Shown here piece after piece: positions 1 through 14,169 of a stretch of DNA of 64,000 nt. Position numbers and translations under genes: made by a program. The DNA comes from Octopus vulgaris (Eukaryota). The stretch lies in the NCBI GenBank assembly GCA_951406725.2, contig OX597820.1:43710001-43774000 (forward strand). Direction: 5' to 3'. How positions within the stretch are numbered: the first letter of the stretch is position 1; each line of letters starts with the position of its first letter. The notes below the pieces were generated by a model. That model was not told the DNA's origin. It ran no database searches and saw nothing but the letters and a program-made list of their open reading frames with translations.

Positions 1-190
1 TTGTGGGTAATAAAGAAATTGGTATTTTGTCTGTCTTTACGTTCTGAGTTCAAATTCCGCCGAGATTGACTTTGCCTTTCAACCTTTCGGGGTCGATAAA
101 TTAAGTACCAGTTGTGTACTGTGGTCGATCTAATCGACTGGCCCCCTCCCCAAAAATTTCTGGCTTTGTGCTTTGAGTAGAAAAGAATAT
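1..190 (+). mobile_element. SINE family A fragment (tRNA-like SINE, abundant in window)
   Basis: GTTCTGAGTTCAAATTCCGCCGAG..GACTTTGCCTTTC..CCTTTCGGGGTCGATAAATTAAGTACCAGT core shared with more than 12 copies in the window; B-box-like GAGTTCAAATTC. Confidence 0.85.
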
Positions 191-1479
191 TCTTAAAGAC
201 AACAAAAACAAGATCTCCCTATGACAATACTATATGACAATACTAGATGACATCAAATGTACTTGCCGAGGAATATGATAGACTTGTCAAGTCAATTTTA
301 AATTAGCAGGATGAGGTACCTGAAGACAATGTACTGTGAGTTTTAAAAAGACTAACAAAAAGCCTCTCATCCAGGTCATCAGATTCGTTGCTACTGTTTT
401 TCAGCACTCTAAATAGTAGCGACTATTTTCGATAGACAAATTAAATTTACGAATGCGTAAAGTTATTTTAAATTTTCTAAAGTACCCTTGTAAAACACAC
501 TAGTCTCTGCGTTGTCAATATGTATAAACGCTTGCTGTTTTCTTAATGTTTTGGTTCGAAAGTTATACATTCGAAATGCTTTTCAACAAACAATTTAGAC
601 ATTACTAACATGTGCCGCACAATAACACCTTGCCTGTCTCGCAATGAACTATAAATTGCATTACTCCATTCTTTTGTTTGTTAATGTCGTAAAAATTGCA
701 TGACCTATCTCCGTCGAATGATATTAGTACAAAATATCAGATTATTCTAAATCTTATTGGTAACTACTAAATCTCTTGACTTGCAAGAATTCTGCTCTTT
801 TAGTGGGTGAAAGTAACTTGTGCTATTGAGCATCTTTGGATCTCATCTGTTGACTATACACTTGTGCTATTTTGAGATTCTATATATGAAATCAGTTTTT
901 TCTCTAGCCTGTTAACTTTAGACTTTCGGTCCGATAGAAATGCAAAAATACAAAATTTACCCTTGTTTTGTCGTTTTATGCAAAGTACAGTTAGTATTAA
1001 TTCTTCGTAATATATCAGAGATACAATATTTTAAAGGGTAAAATACAATATAATTTGTATTTGTTCCTTTACATCTCAGCTCAGTTGCTACATTGGGGTA
1101 AAATAAAATGAGACTATAATGTACCACAGGCAGCTAACTACACCCCCATAAAGCATACTGCATAGTATAGTGCAGGTTAACTTCAGATAACGGAGATTAT
1201 ATTAGGCATGTTTTCGTGATGGTAAAAGTATCGAGTGACAACATAGCCGATGAATTTTGAAAGGTTACAGGGGAGAGAAAAAACATATGATATATATCTT
1301 ACTTCAACCGTTTTCCATGGCATGTTCTTTGTATAATACCAACTTAGATGACTGCAGTACGTGTTTCCATATGTATTTTATGATTAGCCAGTTATATCTT
1401 CACACATTCAGATCCAACGTAAATAAATTTAATACTATATCTCCAGGTTGCCTCTAATAGTTACGTTTCAAATTTGGTA

Positions 1480-1682
1480 TCAAATTTTAGCAAGAGGCCA
1501 GCAGTTTCGAGGGAGAGACTAGTCGATTACATCAACCCCAGTAATCAGCTGGTACTTATCGACTCCGAAAAAGTAGAAGGCAAAGTCGACATCGTCGGAA
1601 TTTAAACTCAGCGTAAAGAAGAACGAAATGCCGTTAAGTATATTGCCCAGCATGCTAACGATTCTGCCAGCTCGCCGCCTTG
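1480..1682 (-). mobile_element. SINE family A copy
   Basis: Reverse complement of the family A core, including the head GGCGGCGAGCTGGCAGAATCGTTAGCA. Confidence 0.8.
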
Positions 1683-2442
1683 CAACGATGAATCTAATAC
1701 TATTTGTTCTGTGGAAGGGAGCAAAGCAAGAAAAGGTCGGTTATCTTTTGTTATGTTCAGTGCTTACTAACAACTTCTGATAGATTTCCCTCACAGAGCC
1801 TATTTCATACTTTTTAAATTAAATTGAGCGTTCAAGACAAATTTTAACCATCTCATTCTATCTGCCGAACTTATGTCGTAAATATCTGAGGCGAGAGACC
1901 AATGGCAAAAATGAATGAGATTTGTTGTGCCAGAGAACTGGAGAAAACTGACAAGCCATCTTGAAGGTTTTTCATCTTTTGTATTTTTGTTATTTCAGGA
2001 CAAATACACCAAAACCAAATCGGAGAAAGGTTATACCAACTTGATCTGAGACATGAATATATTTACTCATTGTGCCGAGCTGTCTAATCTGCTGTTTAAT
2101 AAAGTGGATGTTATCGTTGAAACGTGAGGACCGTATATCTCTTAGAAGCACACACGATGAAATTAGAACGCAAACGGATGATTTAATATCATATAAACTC
2201 CTACCCAGTCTGAATTATAAGATACTGTGCGATTTATATCTTCCAAACAGCTCAGCACTTTTATTGTCACTCGGCTAAATGAAAATAATCTGCTAGGTCC
2301 AGTATCAATATTTAGTTTCTATCAACATAACATAATTTAAAAGGGGGTTACGAAGAAGAAGCAAGTGAGACGCCGGACGTCTGCTTTCTCTCTGTCTATA
2401 AGTTCTTCTCTATGTCTCTATCTGTCTCCCTATCTCAAAGCA

Positions 2443-2650
2443 AAGTCCTCACTAGATGTGGTAAGGGAGACATCGTATTTATACCTACAATAACACTATT
2501 ACCAACAGATGTCTCCTTTCGTTTCAAACGATTGCAGTTCCCAATGAGAGTCAGTTACGCACTGACCATTAACAAGTCCCAAGGTCAAACACTGCAGGTT
2601 GTCGTTTTCCATCTAGAAGAGAGTTGTTTCTCACATGGTCAATTTTATGT
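2443..2650 (+). pseudogene. Helitron PIF1-type helicase C-terminal fragment
   Basis: Translates KVLTRCGKGDIVFIP..RLQFPMRVSYALTINKSQGQTL..CFSHGQFYV, matching PIF1/Helitron helicase motifs V-VI. Confidence 0.85.
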
Positions 2651-2668
2651 AAATATATATATATATAT

Positions 2669-3516
2669 CGCCCCTCTTCAATTCACGGTTTTGTGGCGGC
2701 ATACGGGACGATTCAAGGCTGTTGAGGAATTTAACAAGAGAATGAACAGCATCATCCTTGTCGATAGATTTATAGATGTGGTTACCTACAGAGATCAGTT
2801 GTAAGAGATTTCTGTTGATGGCACTTACTGTAATGTTTTGAGGAGCTAAGGTTGCTCGTTCACACAGCCACTCCTCGTTGAGACGGTGAATTTCGAAATT
2901 TTGGGAAGACTTGATGAATGAAGGTATCAATGCTTTCCACTATATCACAGAATGATGAGGAATCAAAACACCTTTCAGAATCGAGGGATGTTTTGCCTTC
3001 ATCAAGTTGTAGAATGTTTGAGCAAACTTTGCAGAAACGTCGTCACCGTAAACCTCTGCCCTCGTGTTTGTTCTGAACTTGAGTTTAGTGACACATAGTC
3101 ACAAAGTTGATGATTTTAGGCAAACTCTTACTTAATCTGCGTGAGTTCCCTTCGATATCACAGTTAAAGCTTGTCGGAAGACCCTTGATAAAACAACAGT
3201 GATTCTTCCTATGATTGTTATGCTGTTATGTATATCTTTCAGTGTTTTGTCAAAGGATTCTAATACATGTCTGTGTGCCATTGTGCATTCATTCCCCAAA
3301 ATTGCCAAACACCTTCGAAATATTTGGGCAGCTCCTGAGTCTTTCTTTATATGACACACTGACATGTCATCGAAAAATAAGTGCACAGATATCTGCGGAA
3401 TAGTAAATTAATTTAGATGACACGAAAAACCTGAAATATTATAAATTTTATTTAGTGTTTTCAGCAGTCAAAGTACAGACAAACAAACAAATTGTGCTAT
3501 TTATAAGGCTATAGAT
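2669..3516 (-). pseudogene. Helitron helicase middle fragment plus probable Helitron 5' end
   Basis: Minus-strand ECTMAHRHVLESFDKTLKDI, VVLSRVFRQAL, WLCERATLAPQN, FLNSLESSRMPPQ; TCTATA-like start near 3515. Confidence 0.75.
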
Positions 3517-4589
3517 ATACTTATTAAAGTGCATTTCCTTCGTAGCCATTTAGAATACTTCCCTACCAATTTAAATACTTCAAATGAAACGATAGTAGGT
3601 TGCTTCCAATAACGGATAGAAACTATAGAGAAACTGATTCTAAAGTCATTTGTATACAATTATGAAAGACATACTACTGTTTGGGCTTAATAAATTGAAC
3701 AAAAGAGAAAAGGTCAAAGTTAATTATCCTCGAAGATTTAGCATCTTATTGAAGCAATATACTCACGTAACCAAACTTTTTATATTAATTCTATACGTTC
3801 AATCGTTGAATTAATATTCAATAGACGGACTTTATTGGATGGAAGATGATTTTTGTTTTTAATGTATCGCTGTGTTTACTGCCACGTGTGTCAGATATTC
3901 CGAGTATCTTTCTAATTTTGATTTGATTGATTAGTGAAAAGCCAATTATACTTGTGGAGAAAATCGTGTAATTTTTAGCATTATTTTAACTAAAGATATA
4001 TCTATGTTTGATATGAACGTAATGCTGTGTCAAAATGAATGGGAAAAGGGCCAGCTCTTATAAAACAATTACAATGATGCTCTATAGTAAACCTAACACT
4101 AAGTAATTTAAAGTTCTGTTCTATCGATATCCGGACTATATTAATAAAATATGAAAATGTTATTCCGAAAATTTGAAAAAGGTATGCAAATTATATGAAC
4201 ATATTTCAAATTACTGCTGAATAATTAAAGAGGTTGAGCAACTTTCAAACTAAAATCAAGACGAACTTTTGAAATGTAGACCGCAGTTGTACTTCACAAA
4301 GGTAGACATTCACAAAATAAGCGCATATGTGCCATTTTATTTCTATGGTAAAGAATACAATGTATACATATGTGTATTTGAATTTGTGATCACCTGCTTT
4401 TTACATACACTCGTCCATACTTGCAAACATATAAACGTACACACTAGTACACAAACTCACACACACTCAAACACACACACAAACACACACATACACAGAG
4501 AGAAAGACAGGCAGAGAAGCAGAGAAAGAAAGAGAGAGGCAGTACAAAAAAAAGGGAAGCGGGACGATTGACTCTCACTTTTTTTCTCA

Positions 4590-4596
4590 TACACAC

Positions 4597-4665
<69 letters not shown>

Positions 4666-4720
4666 CATACATACATACATACATACATACATACATACAT
4701 ACATACATACATAGAGATTT

Positions 4721-4767
<47 letters not shown>

Positions 4768-4928
4768 CATACATACATACATACATACATACATACCTGC
4801 ATCCATACATATATGCATTCATGCATACATACACACACATAGATAGATAGAGAGAGAGAAAGAGAGAAAGATACATATATGCATACATACAGGTTTAGAT
4901 ACTTACATACATACACACACAGATAGAT

Positions 4929-5017
<89 letters not shown>
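4590..5017. repeat. Compound (GATA)n/(CATA)n microsatellite
   Basis: Seen directly; source of the YLSI/MYVC ORFs. Confidence 0.95.
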
Positions 5018-5649
5018 AAGATGTAATGATTCATTTGTTGATGTAAAGTTGCATAAAATCAAGATTCATTTCAGCCATATTCTGTATGAATTTGCAATAG
5101 TAATTATTTCATTTTAATATCTGCAATAGAACCCCACACGAGCAATAATCACAGGAAACTAATAATATATCAATTAGGATACATGCCTTGATTATTCTAC
5201 ATTCTTATGGTTATTAACAGCTTAACTGAGTCCGTGAAGAGATGCAATATATGACAGCTGATTACTTAACGTTGTTAAGATTATAAATTTCACCAAAAGC
5301 ACTTAAAATATTATCAATCAGGGAAGGTTTAATAATTTATTATCTAAACGGTACTGAGTTACATATTTTCGTTGAGCTTCATACGAAGATAATGAAAATC
5401 TTTATTAAAAACAGGAGTACAGAAATTGTATGTAATTTACACCTTGTAATCTAAACATGCATACGCTGTACTATTGTACGCAAGATTGAGGATAGAAGTA
5501 ATAAAGCATTGTGAAGATATTTGCCAATTATGCATAAATGTACATATGCGTGTGTGTAACGCGCGCGTGTGCATGTGTGTATATGTGAGAGTATATATAT
5601 AAATATATATATATATATACATACATACATACATACATACATACATACA

Positions 5650-5682
<33 letters not shown>

Positions 5683-6455
5683 CTGTGCGTGTGCATATAT
5701 ATATACATATGTGTATATACATACATATATATGTACATATATATATATACATATGTAAGTGTGTATGTATCTATGTATCTATCTATCTATGTGTGTATAG
5801 TCAACAGATAAGATCCAGAGATGCTCAATATAGAAAAAAATAATAGTGCTCAAATAATTTGAACTTTCATTTCGAACTGATTTTGTGAACTGTATTTGTG
5901 AACCTTATGAAGTAACTCCGAGTCTCCAGAAATAGCTGTCGTGTCTGTAACTTTATACATTCCCCGCTTTAGTTTTTCTGCGTCTTTGTACCCTGTGTGA
6001 GTTTGCTCTATTAATACGTACATATCTATAAGTTATACCCGAATATTCAACGTCTGAAAATTTTCAGTCTTTGCCCCATGTACTTCGGTTTACGAATTTA
6101 ATGCATTCTTGCAACCTGTTCGTGATCGGAGATTTTCCTAAACTGAAACTTTCTCATACAAAATTCAGGCAAAAATACGGCGAACATGAGGCGATTTACA
6201 TTGACTGAGGCCTAAACGCCCAACTTGTGACCGGCTTGCGTTTTCGTTAATCGATACACCGTGCGACGACTGACAAGGAAGTGTATTTGTTTGACACTCA
6301 GGAAAAAGAAAAAAGTCTTTTACGTTTAGAGTCTACGCTCTTCAAGAGAAAGGAATAAAAGGAAATAAAAAGAGAGACAATGAAAAGAACTTGTATATTC
6401 CAGCGGTCCAAAATATATATGTAGAATGTTTAAAACGTGACACATCAGTTGGTAT

Positions 6456-6897
6456 GTATAAGGAAAATAAGACAAGGTAGAAAATGCTAAAATAATTTTA
6501 TCATAAAATATACTTTGTAATGGTTAGCACCGGTTTCTGCCTTTTCGACTTTTTGGACTATGAGTAAAACAAAGGTGTTTTGTGTATTCTTGTACATCCA
6601 GTGGCAAGAGAAAAATTCAAAGTTTATATCAATCTTTTCCATGTAAAAATAAATGCCTTGAATTATTTTTTGTTTAATGCATGCTTCTATCGAGAATCAA
6701 ATATTGATATTTATCTATACACTTTTATTTAAAATGGAGGAAAAGTACACCTTCTATGAATTAGTGTGTGTGTTTGTATTTTATTTTAAATAATGTGTGT
6801 GTGTTAGAAGATGGTAAAATGATTTATCCTGAAATGCATTGTGTAATGGTTAGTACTGGTTTCTGTCTTTCCGACTTCTTCAACTAAAACACAGGTG
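6456..6897 (-). mobile_element. Penelope/retrozyme-like fragment with two decayed HHR copies 326 bp apart
   Basis: Direct repeat TGGTTAG(C/T)AC(C/T)GGTTTCTG at 6521 and 6847; minus strand reads TAG TTGAAGA AGTC GGAAA GACA GAAAC CA GTA CTA. Confidence 0.5.
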
Positions 6898-7199
6898 GAT
6901 ATTAATTAAGAAGAAAAACAATTAAATTGAAGAAAAAATAAAATTAAATGTTTTATAAATATGTCCATAGTCTTCAAATAAGTTTTCCTTTTCCTCACTC
7001 TCTCTCTCTTTCTATCTCTCTCTCTCTCTCTCTCTCTCTCCCTCTATCTCCCACTTACTCTCTTTCCTTGGTGAAGGTTCGTAAGGCCGGTAGTAGCAGA
7101 TCTGAAAAAGTGTGTATATGGTGTAAAGAGATATTTGATTCTGAAGTTTAAGTAACCACAGCCGAAGAAGGTGAAAGCGAAGAAGAAAAGGGAGGGGAA

Positions 7200-7295
7200 G
7201 AAGAAAAGGAAGAAGAAGAAGAAGAAGAAGAAGAAGAAGAAGAAGAAGAAGAAGGAGAAGAAGAAGAAGAAGAAGAAGAAGAAGAAGAAGAAGAA
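7200..7295. repeat. (AAG)n microsatellite
   Basis: Seen directly. Confidence 0.95.
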
Positions 7296-7298
7296 AAT

Positions 7299-7889
7299 TA
7301 CGGGAGAGGTATTACCTAGTAGTAAAGACTGTCCGTGGAATTTAATAGTCATGTGACCTCGCAGTGACCTATTGTGGTTGTAGTAGTAGTAGTAGTAAAT
7401 TCGTGGGTGGAGACCGTTCTAAACATATCTATCCTTTTTAATATTTCCGTGGATATTATTTTATGATTCCCTTAGTAGTTTCAAATGTGGTGGAATAATT
7501 CAAAAGGGTTAACATTTTGCGATAAAATAAGATTATTTACTAATGCGCTGATTATAAATTGCATTGTCCTTAAAATTACAGAGGAGAAAAGTTCTAAAGT
7601 TCGGTTATAAATTTAGGGAAAATGCAGCCTTACAATCAGCGCATTGGCAAAGAATCGTATTTTATATACCTCAACCGCAGATGACACTACTACAGAGATC
7701 TTAGAATAATACCCACAGAAATATTTAAAGCATAGATATATTTAGAACAGTCGTTACTCGCGGATTTATTTAGAACAATCCCTACTCTTACTACTGCTAC
7801 TACAACAACAACAGATCACTTTGAGGCCACTTGACCATTAAAGCAGATTCCACACACAGTCATTACTACTGGATAATACTACTCCCGTC
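7299..7889. repeat. Diverged ~590 bp inverted repeat (fold-back element)
   Basis: Arms align across a centre near 7590, e.g. AATGCGCTGATT/AATCAGCGCATT and GTTCTAAACATATCTAT/ATAGATATATTTAGAAC. Confidence 0.75.
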
Positions 7890-8178
7890 TTTATATTTTT
7901 CTTCTTTTTCCTCTTCTATGTGTCTATTTCACCGTAATGATTTCTACAGGGTGAAAATATTACTCCACCTATCACTCAACCCATCTCCAACTTTCTCTAA
8001 GTTTATACATTGCATTTATTCCTTTGACGTCATCACCAGACCACTATTTTCTCTCTGGCTGCATATGTGTCCCTCTATCACTACTTCTACTTCTTTTTCT
8101 CACTAGATAAAAAATACGTGAGGTAGAGTGGGGAAGACACAGAAGACACAGAACATACACACACACACACACAAACGC

Positions 8179-8316
<138 letters not shown>

Positions 8317-8570
8317 GCGGGCCAAGTTGCTCCATCTGAAATTTTCATTACACTTTTACTTGGAGGTCAGAAAGCTCATTCTGCTTTCAAATTGGACTTC
8401 GGAAAAGAATCCTAACATCGGGCTACAACAGTAGACGTAAATGCTAAGAATTCTCCTATTGGGTTACAGCAAGTAACTTTAGATGACAAGAACCATCGTA
8501 AGTATCCTATTGTCATTATCTACTACTACTGGATCACACCTTCTAGCTACTATTACTCTGTCAGTTTGAA

Positions 8571-8619
<49 letters not shown>

Positions 8620-8759
8620 GGTTTTTGTCTATCTTGGATTTTATCCAATTAGTCCTTAATACCTGATCTTGTGCAGCTACTAACAAACTTTCTTCTCCCT
8701 CTTCGGCTTTCATTTCTGCAAACATAACCCTGCCTCACTACTACTATTTGCTGTCACTA

Positions 8760-10470
8760 TATTTAGGAAACTACTATAAAACGTCTGGTGCAAGTTAGAT
8801 AATTTCTGTTCCTTTTCTGGTTTTCAAGGTCATTTGGGATTTTGGTTTCCCTAAGTCTTGCTGTGATGCCAGCATATTTTAATAAACATTCTTCACTATT
8901 ACCTACATAGGTGTCTATATCTACTCTAGCTAATCCCACGCAGTCTTCTACTGATATTAACCCTCTTCTTCCTTTCTTTCTAGGTAAGTATAATCTTGCT
9001 ACCCTTGCCCTTGGGTGAAGTCCTCCATTCATATTGAATTCCTTCCGAGTTTATCTCTCCAGCTTTGCTAATTGAGTTTTTGTCCAACCTAGAAAAGCTG
9101 CTGGATATCAAAGTAATGATACTGCCCAAGTATTTACAGCCTTCACTAGATTCGGACCATTTAGTTTTGACTTCATTAGCTTCCTCGCCCTTCTGATATA
9201 CTTCTCAATTTTCGTTTTCCCTCTGTAGTACTGCTCAGTTAGATTCTTATACTTCTAGATATTTATAACTCTCCTCCTTTCAATGATTTTAATGCCTGAC
9301 CATCTGGTAATTGGATGCCTTCGCTGTTGACTACCTGTCACCTTCTTATGATTAATATTGCACACTTATCTAAGCCAAACCCCATGCCTATATCTTTGCT
9401 GAAGTGTCTTACAGTCTGTATGAAGGTATCTATCTCTTTTTCATTCTTACTAAAAAGCTTCAGATCGTCCAAACAGAGCAAATGTTTAATTTTTCCCTTA
9501 CTATTTCTGAACTGATACCATGTTTTGCCTTCCTTAATACTAAACTGAAGGGGATCAAATAAAGGATAAATATTAAAGGAGACAACGAGTCCCCCTGAAA
9601 AATTCCTCTTTTGATATTAACTTTCCCTAAGAGTTTGTCACCTGAATAGAGATCTAATTTCCATTTCTTCAGGCTAAAGTTAATTAATTCTCTTATGATG
9701 CCTGCTATACTGAATAAAATCCAACATTCTTTTATCCATGAGTGAGGCACCATGTCATAGGCTTGCCTATAATATATCCATGATATTGTTAGATTTTTCT
9801 TTCTAGCTTTTACTTCATTTAAAACTGCTTTGTCTATACATATAATAGATCATACATTCCTCTAGCCTTCTTCCAGCAACCTTTCTTTTCTTCTGGCAGT
9901 AAACTCTGGTTGTTGAAGTGCTCGTAAATGCTTTCTGTAAACATTCCTGTTAACAGCTTCCACACTAATGTTAAGCAAGTGATTGGTCTATAGTTGGTAT
10001 CTGTATTATCCTTGCTCTTATATTTCATAATGAGTATTGCCCTCCCTCTATTCATCAAATCAATATTATTCCTCAATTAAGTCAATCCTGAAATTGTTCC
10101 CCCAGTCTCCCACGTAGGCCCTAAATTACTTTAGCCAGTACATTTGCAACTAAATTATGACTGACTGGTTTATCCCAAATATTACCCCATAACTTTCTAG
10201 CTTCTTCTGCATTAAGTTTCTCATCTTCATTACTTCGATCTCCACTATATATTTGGTTATAAAATCTTCTTTGCTCTGTCTCAAATACTCTATATTCTTT
10301 TCTGATATCTGCTATGATACGCTGTTTCAACACTTATATTACTGTCTCAAATCCTTTCTCTTTGACTAAGTATCTTTTCTCAAGGGAATATTTGCATCTT
10401 GTGTTTTCTAACTTGTTCAATTTCTAGGCTTCTATTCTACTCAAGTCTTTATTTTGTAGTCTCCTAACAG
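8760..10470 (-). pseudogene. Decayed non-LTR retrotransposon RT (R4/Dong-like)
   Basis: Frameshifted NYRPITCL..WKLLTG, MVPHSWI, KRGIFQGDSLSPLIF, LHPRARVARLYLPRKKGRRGL. Confidence 0.9.
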
Positions 10471-10967
10471 CTGCAGTCAGTTTGCATCTTTACTGAACCG
10501 CTGCCGAACGAGAGGCATTCCCGTAAAGTTCCAGCTTCATTTTCCCTGTTAACTCCAGATTTCCTTCGAAAACGCCTGTCTCTCATAAACTGAGGTATGG
10601 TAACGTTCGTCACCAACGTCATCATTATTATTTTTCGTCATCTGATAGTTTCAAGCAACTTTCTATTGCAGTATTTGTTCACTTTTGTGCTGGTGGGGTG
10701 GTTTGAGCTGCATTTCCTTTTTAGTTGGGTTGGATATTGTATTGTATCAGTATGTTTTGTTATGTTTTGTTATTAGTTTGAGTCTTCTGTTGTACTAGTT
10801 TTTGCATTTTGTATTGTTTGTGCAGTGCAGGTTGTGTTTTTTCTGACAGGAATCGGCTTTCTATGGCACATGTTGCGGGCTTTGTTCATTTTGTTGGGTT
10901 TTTAAAGTATGTCTTTATTCCCATATGTTTTTGTAGCGGTGTTACATAGCAGTGTATAAATTATACA

Positions 10968-11154
10968 TCAATTATTTCATAATATTTATGGTTATATGTC
11001 CATCGGTCTTTCTCTTTTGGTTGGTTTTGTTATGGGTCCGTTTTTACAGCATTTACCTTTTTTAACTAAGCATCGCCCATAGACATGTGTTGATGTTTCT
11101 TTCATAATTATAATTATTATTGATGTGACGGAGAAGAAAAAACAATGAGCACAT
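10968..11154 (-). repeat. Dispersed repeat, inverted copy of 19706-19902
   Basis: ~190 bp close match by eye (ACACATGTCTA..GGGCGATG..AAAAGAGAAAGACCGATGGACATATAACCATAAATA). Confidence 0.8.
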
Positions 11155-11483
11155 TTATAGAGGACTTGTATAAATATCGATCTATATGTAATTTAAATTT
11201 AAAAGTTAAGATTTTACTCACAACAGTTTTCGTATAGAAATATTGCAGTTCATGTGTTTACATTTTTATGCACATGTTGCTGTGACGGTGCATCTGAGGA
11301 ATACTAAATTGTGTATATATACACACTCCATATAAGAAACATCTTCCAGTTTCCTGAGATGGCTTACATTAAGGCAAAGTTTTCTTTCATTGTTTTATTG
11401 TTTTTGCGGATTGTTTATTCCTGCTTCGCGATGGTTTCATATTTGATCTATGTTCCCGGCAGATCGCTGTCACACGTTCACGC

Positions 11484-11546
<63 letters not shown>

Positions 11547-11879
11547 GATTATTATACTTATTTTTATTATTACTATTACTATTATTATTATTGTTATTGT
11601 TGTTGTTGCTGTTGCTATTATTGTGGTTGTACGTTTTGGCTTTTCCTCTGTATTTGTACAAGTAGACTCCAAAAGGCTTGGCAACAAGTTAGAAGTTTAA
11701 GACAGTGTTATGACTAGAGAATATCTATGAAAACATAACAAATTTAGAAGTTTGTTTCGAAAGTAATTTGATTATAACACGATAGTGTGATGTTAAGACG
11801 ACAGTAAAAGGTGTTTACTATTATGTAAATTTAAAACTATTTTGACACCGTTTACAGATTAAAATGTTTTGGAGATTAC

Positions 11880-12183
11880 ATATTTTTTACAGGATATGAG
11901 CAGTTCCCATGAGCATTATTTTTTTAATTTCTTGCATTTTTGGATTTCCTGATATCCAAGATAGGTAACAATCAGCTCCTTTGGTCAGCATTCTTAGGGC
12001 ACCTATGACAAAAGTTATTGTCTTAGTTTTGAGGTCCCACATTTTCCAAATTTCTATTTCAAGATCTTTATACTTGCTCAGTTATTTGTAGGTCTTGACA
12101 GATACATTTATGTCGATTGATACAGTCATATCGATGAGGAGGCATGATTGTTGTTTGAAATCCTTCAATATAATATCTGGCTT
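11880..12183 (-). pseudogene. LINE C-terminal restriction-like endonuclease fragment (R4/Dong-like)
   Basis: Translates PDIILKDFKQQSCLLIDMTV..KYKDLEIEIWKMW..VIGAL..MGTAHIL, a PD-(D/E)xK RLE pattern. Confidence 0.8.
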
Positions 12184-14115
12184 ATTTGCACAGTAATGCT
12201 CCAAAGGACTGAGATGTGATCATTTTCAAGCACTGGAGGTGGTTTGTATCATTATTGTTGCTGTTTTTGTTATTGTTGTTGTTGTAGTTGCTGCTGCTGC
12301 TGCTGTTGTTGCTGTTGTTGTTGTTGTTGTTGTTGTTACTATAGTCAATTCTCTTCTGGAAGAGAGAAAAAGGGTATTCCATGTACAGTACTCTATAAAA
12401 ACCAATGCTGAAGTGTAGTTCTGTTGCGATATCTGACTGAGGGTAAGCTAAAAATCGTTCAACTTAGAACAACCACAAAGTTCCATATTTGGAAGTATTT
12501 GGAATTCATGCACTGCTTTCGTATTAGTTTTTCTATGCTAAAAGCAACTGCCTATGTTGAACGTTTCACGTAGTGTGTAATAATTAGTTGTTTGTCATAA
12601 ATATCTCTTAGTCTAACTCCTTGAATATTCCGATAATTTTTTATAAATTCATCGATAACGGGAATGTTGATATTGTTTGCAATTTTCATGGCTTTATTTC
12701 TGTAGAATTTCAAGCCAATAATCCAACGAGATCTGCTTTCGCAGCTCCATTTTTTACTTCCTGTATTTGAAACAGCGTTCATATGTCTTTTTAGACACAG
12801 TAGGAGTGATCTTGACGTGACGGTGACTTCACTGCTTTCGTAATTATCGAAATCGATAATCTTAGTGAATTATATTCCAAAGTTCAGGGCATTCAGAATG
12901 AGGGACATCTATACAAGGCATTAGACATTAACCCTATGGAACTGGGTAAATGTCATTACTGCCTTATTTTCAATATCGATGAACGAATTCATAGTAATGC
13001 AATAGCACTTCTAATATAAAAATAAAAATCACCGCCGAATCCCTTTAAAATAATGTCATCTTTAGTGGAGTTAATCAGCTCATAATTACGGTTGGATAAT
13101 AATATAGATTCGTCATCCATAAGGGTGATGTTGAGATGCATCTTGTGACAATCCATGCAGTGATAAGTTCTTTCACTTCATTGTTTACAGAATTTGTAGA
13201 TTCCAATGTTGCCCTTCTGGTATATAACAGCAATACTAAGAAACCAAATTCTGTTGCATAAATGGTGTTTGCTTATTGTATATTTTTGTTTTGTTCTGTT
13301 CTGGTTTTTTTTGTTTTTGTCTTTTTTTCTAGTAGCAAAATATGAAGTGTAGATTGTCCTGAAACTGGTAATCTAATTTTGCAAATTACATAAAAATAGT
13401 TTTGTTCAGATTTGAAAATGTTGCTGTTTTAACTGTTAATCAGTCCTGCTTCAAAGTTTTCTACACTTTGCATATAAATTAAAGATGTCGGTGGTTTGAA
13501 ATTTATCAACGGTTGCTGTCATGAAAGAGTCTCCACATGCATCTACTAAATCAGGTATTCCATCCTCTCCCTGAAATATAATGGAAGCGATGTTGAACAT
13601 TCAAGCCATAGGTAAGATGAGTGATTTAGTTGGTTCTTCAATAATCATTTTAGTTTTCAAAATAATTATTCATTTAAATGATGATTTGCTATATTATTAA
13701 TGTTTAGTTTTTTGTTGGATTTTTCTTTCTTTTTTTGCAATTACAGTCAAGACCATGCTATTACAGTCAAAACCATGCTATTGATTCGAGCATTTTGCCT
13801 AAATATGTCGACTATGGCCTACTAAAATTTGTACAAAAATACAGCCCGGATACTGTACACACAAACATACACACACACACACACACACAAACACACAAAC
13901 AGATACACATGAATATATATGTATAAACACACAAACAGATACACATGAATATATATGTATATATATATAGGTATATATGTATGTATGTATGTATATAAAA
14001 ACGAACATGCGGAAAAGAGGAAAAATAATGCGCAAAGGATGTGAATACGCTCATCCCTCAGTAGTTATCGCTCCCAGAATCCTTACAATTTCTATGCCGT
14101 ATATATGTGTGTGTG

Positions 14116-14169
<54 letters not shown>

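Noticed and set aside
6315-6352. Minus-strand UUGAAGAGCGUAGACUCUAAACGUA resembling a minimal HHR
   Set aside because: GAAA reads UAAA and the core is ambiguous; too degenerate to call.
10470-10625. Possible HDV-like ribozyme at the LINE 5' end (minus strand GCC UCUCGUUC GGC)
   Set aside because: Only a P3/L3-like hairpin; P1, P1.1 and P2 pairings could not be completed.
11285-11365. CTGAGGA..GAAAC hammerhead-like spacing
   Set aside because: No helix I pairing and no valid helix III/NUH site.
12552-12782. 76 aa ORF as a real gene
   Set aside because: No recognisable domain, stops in the flanking frame, and no supportable splice structure.
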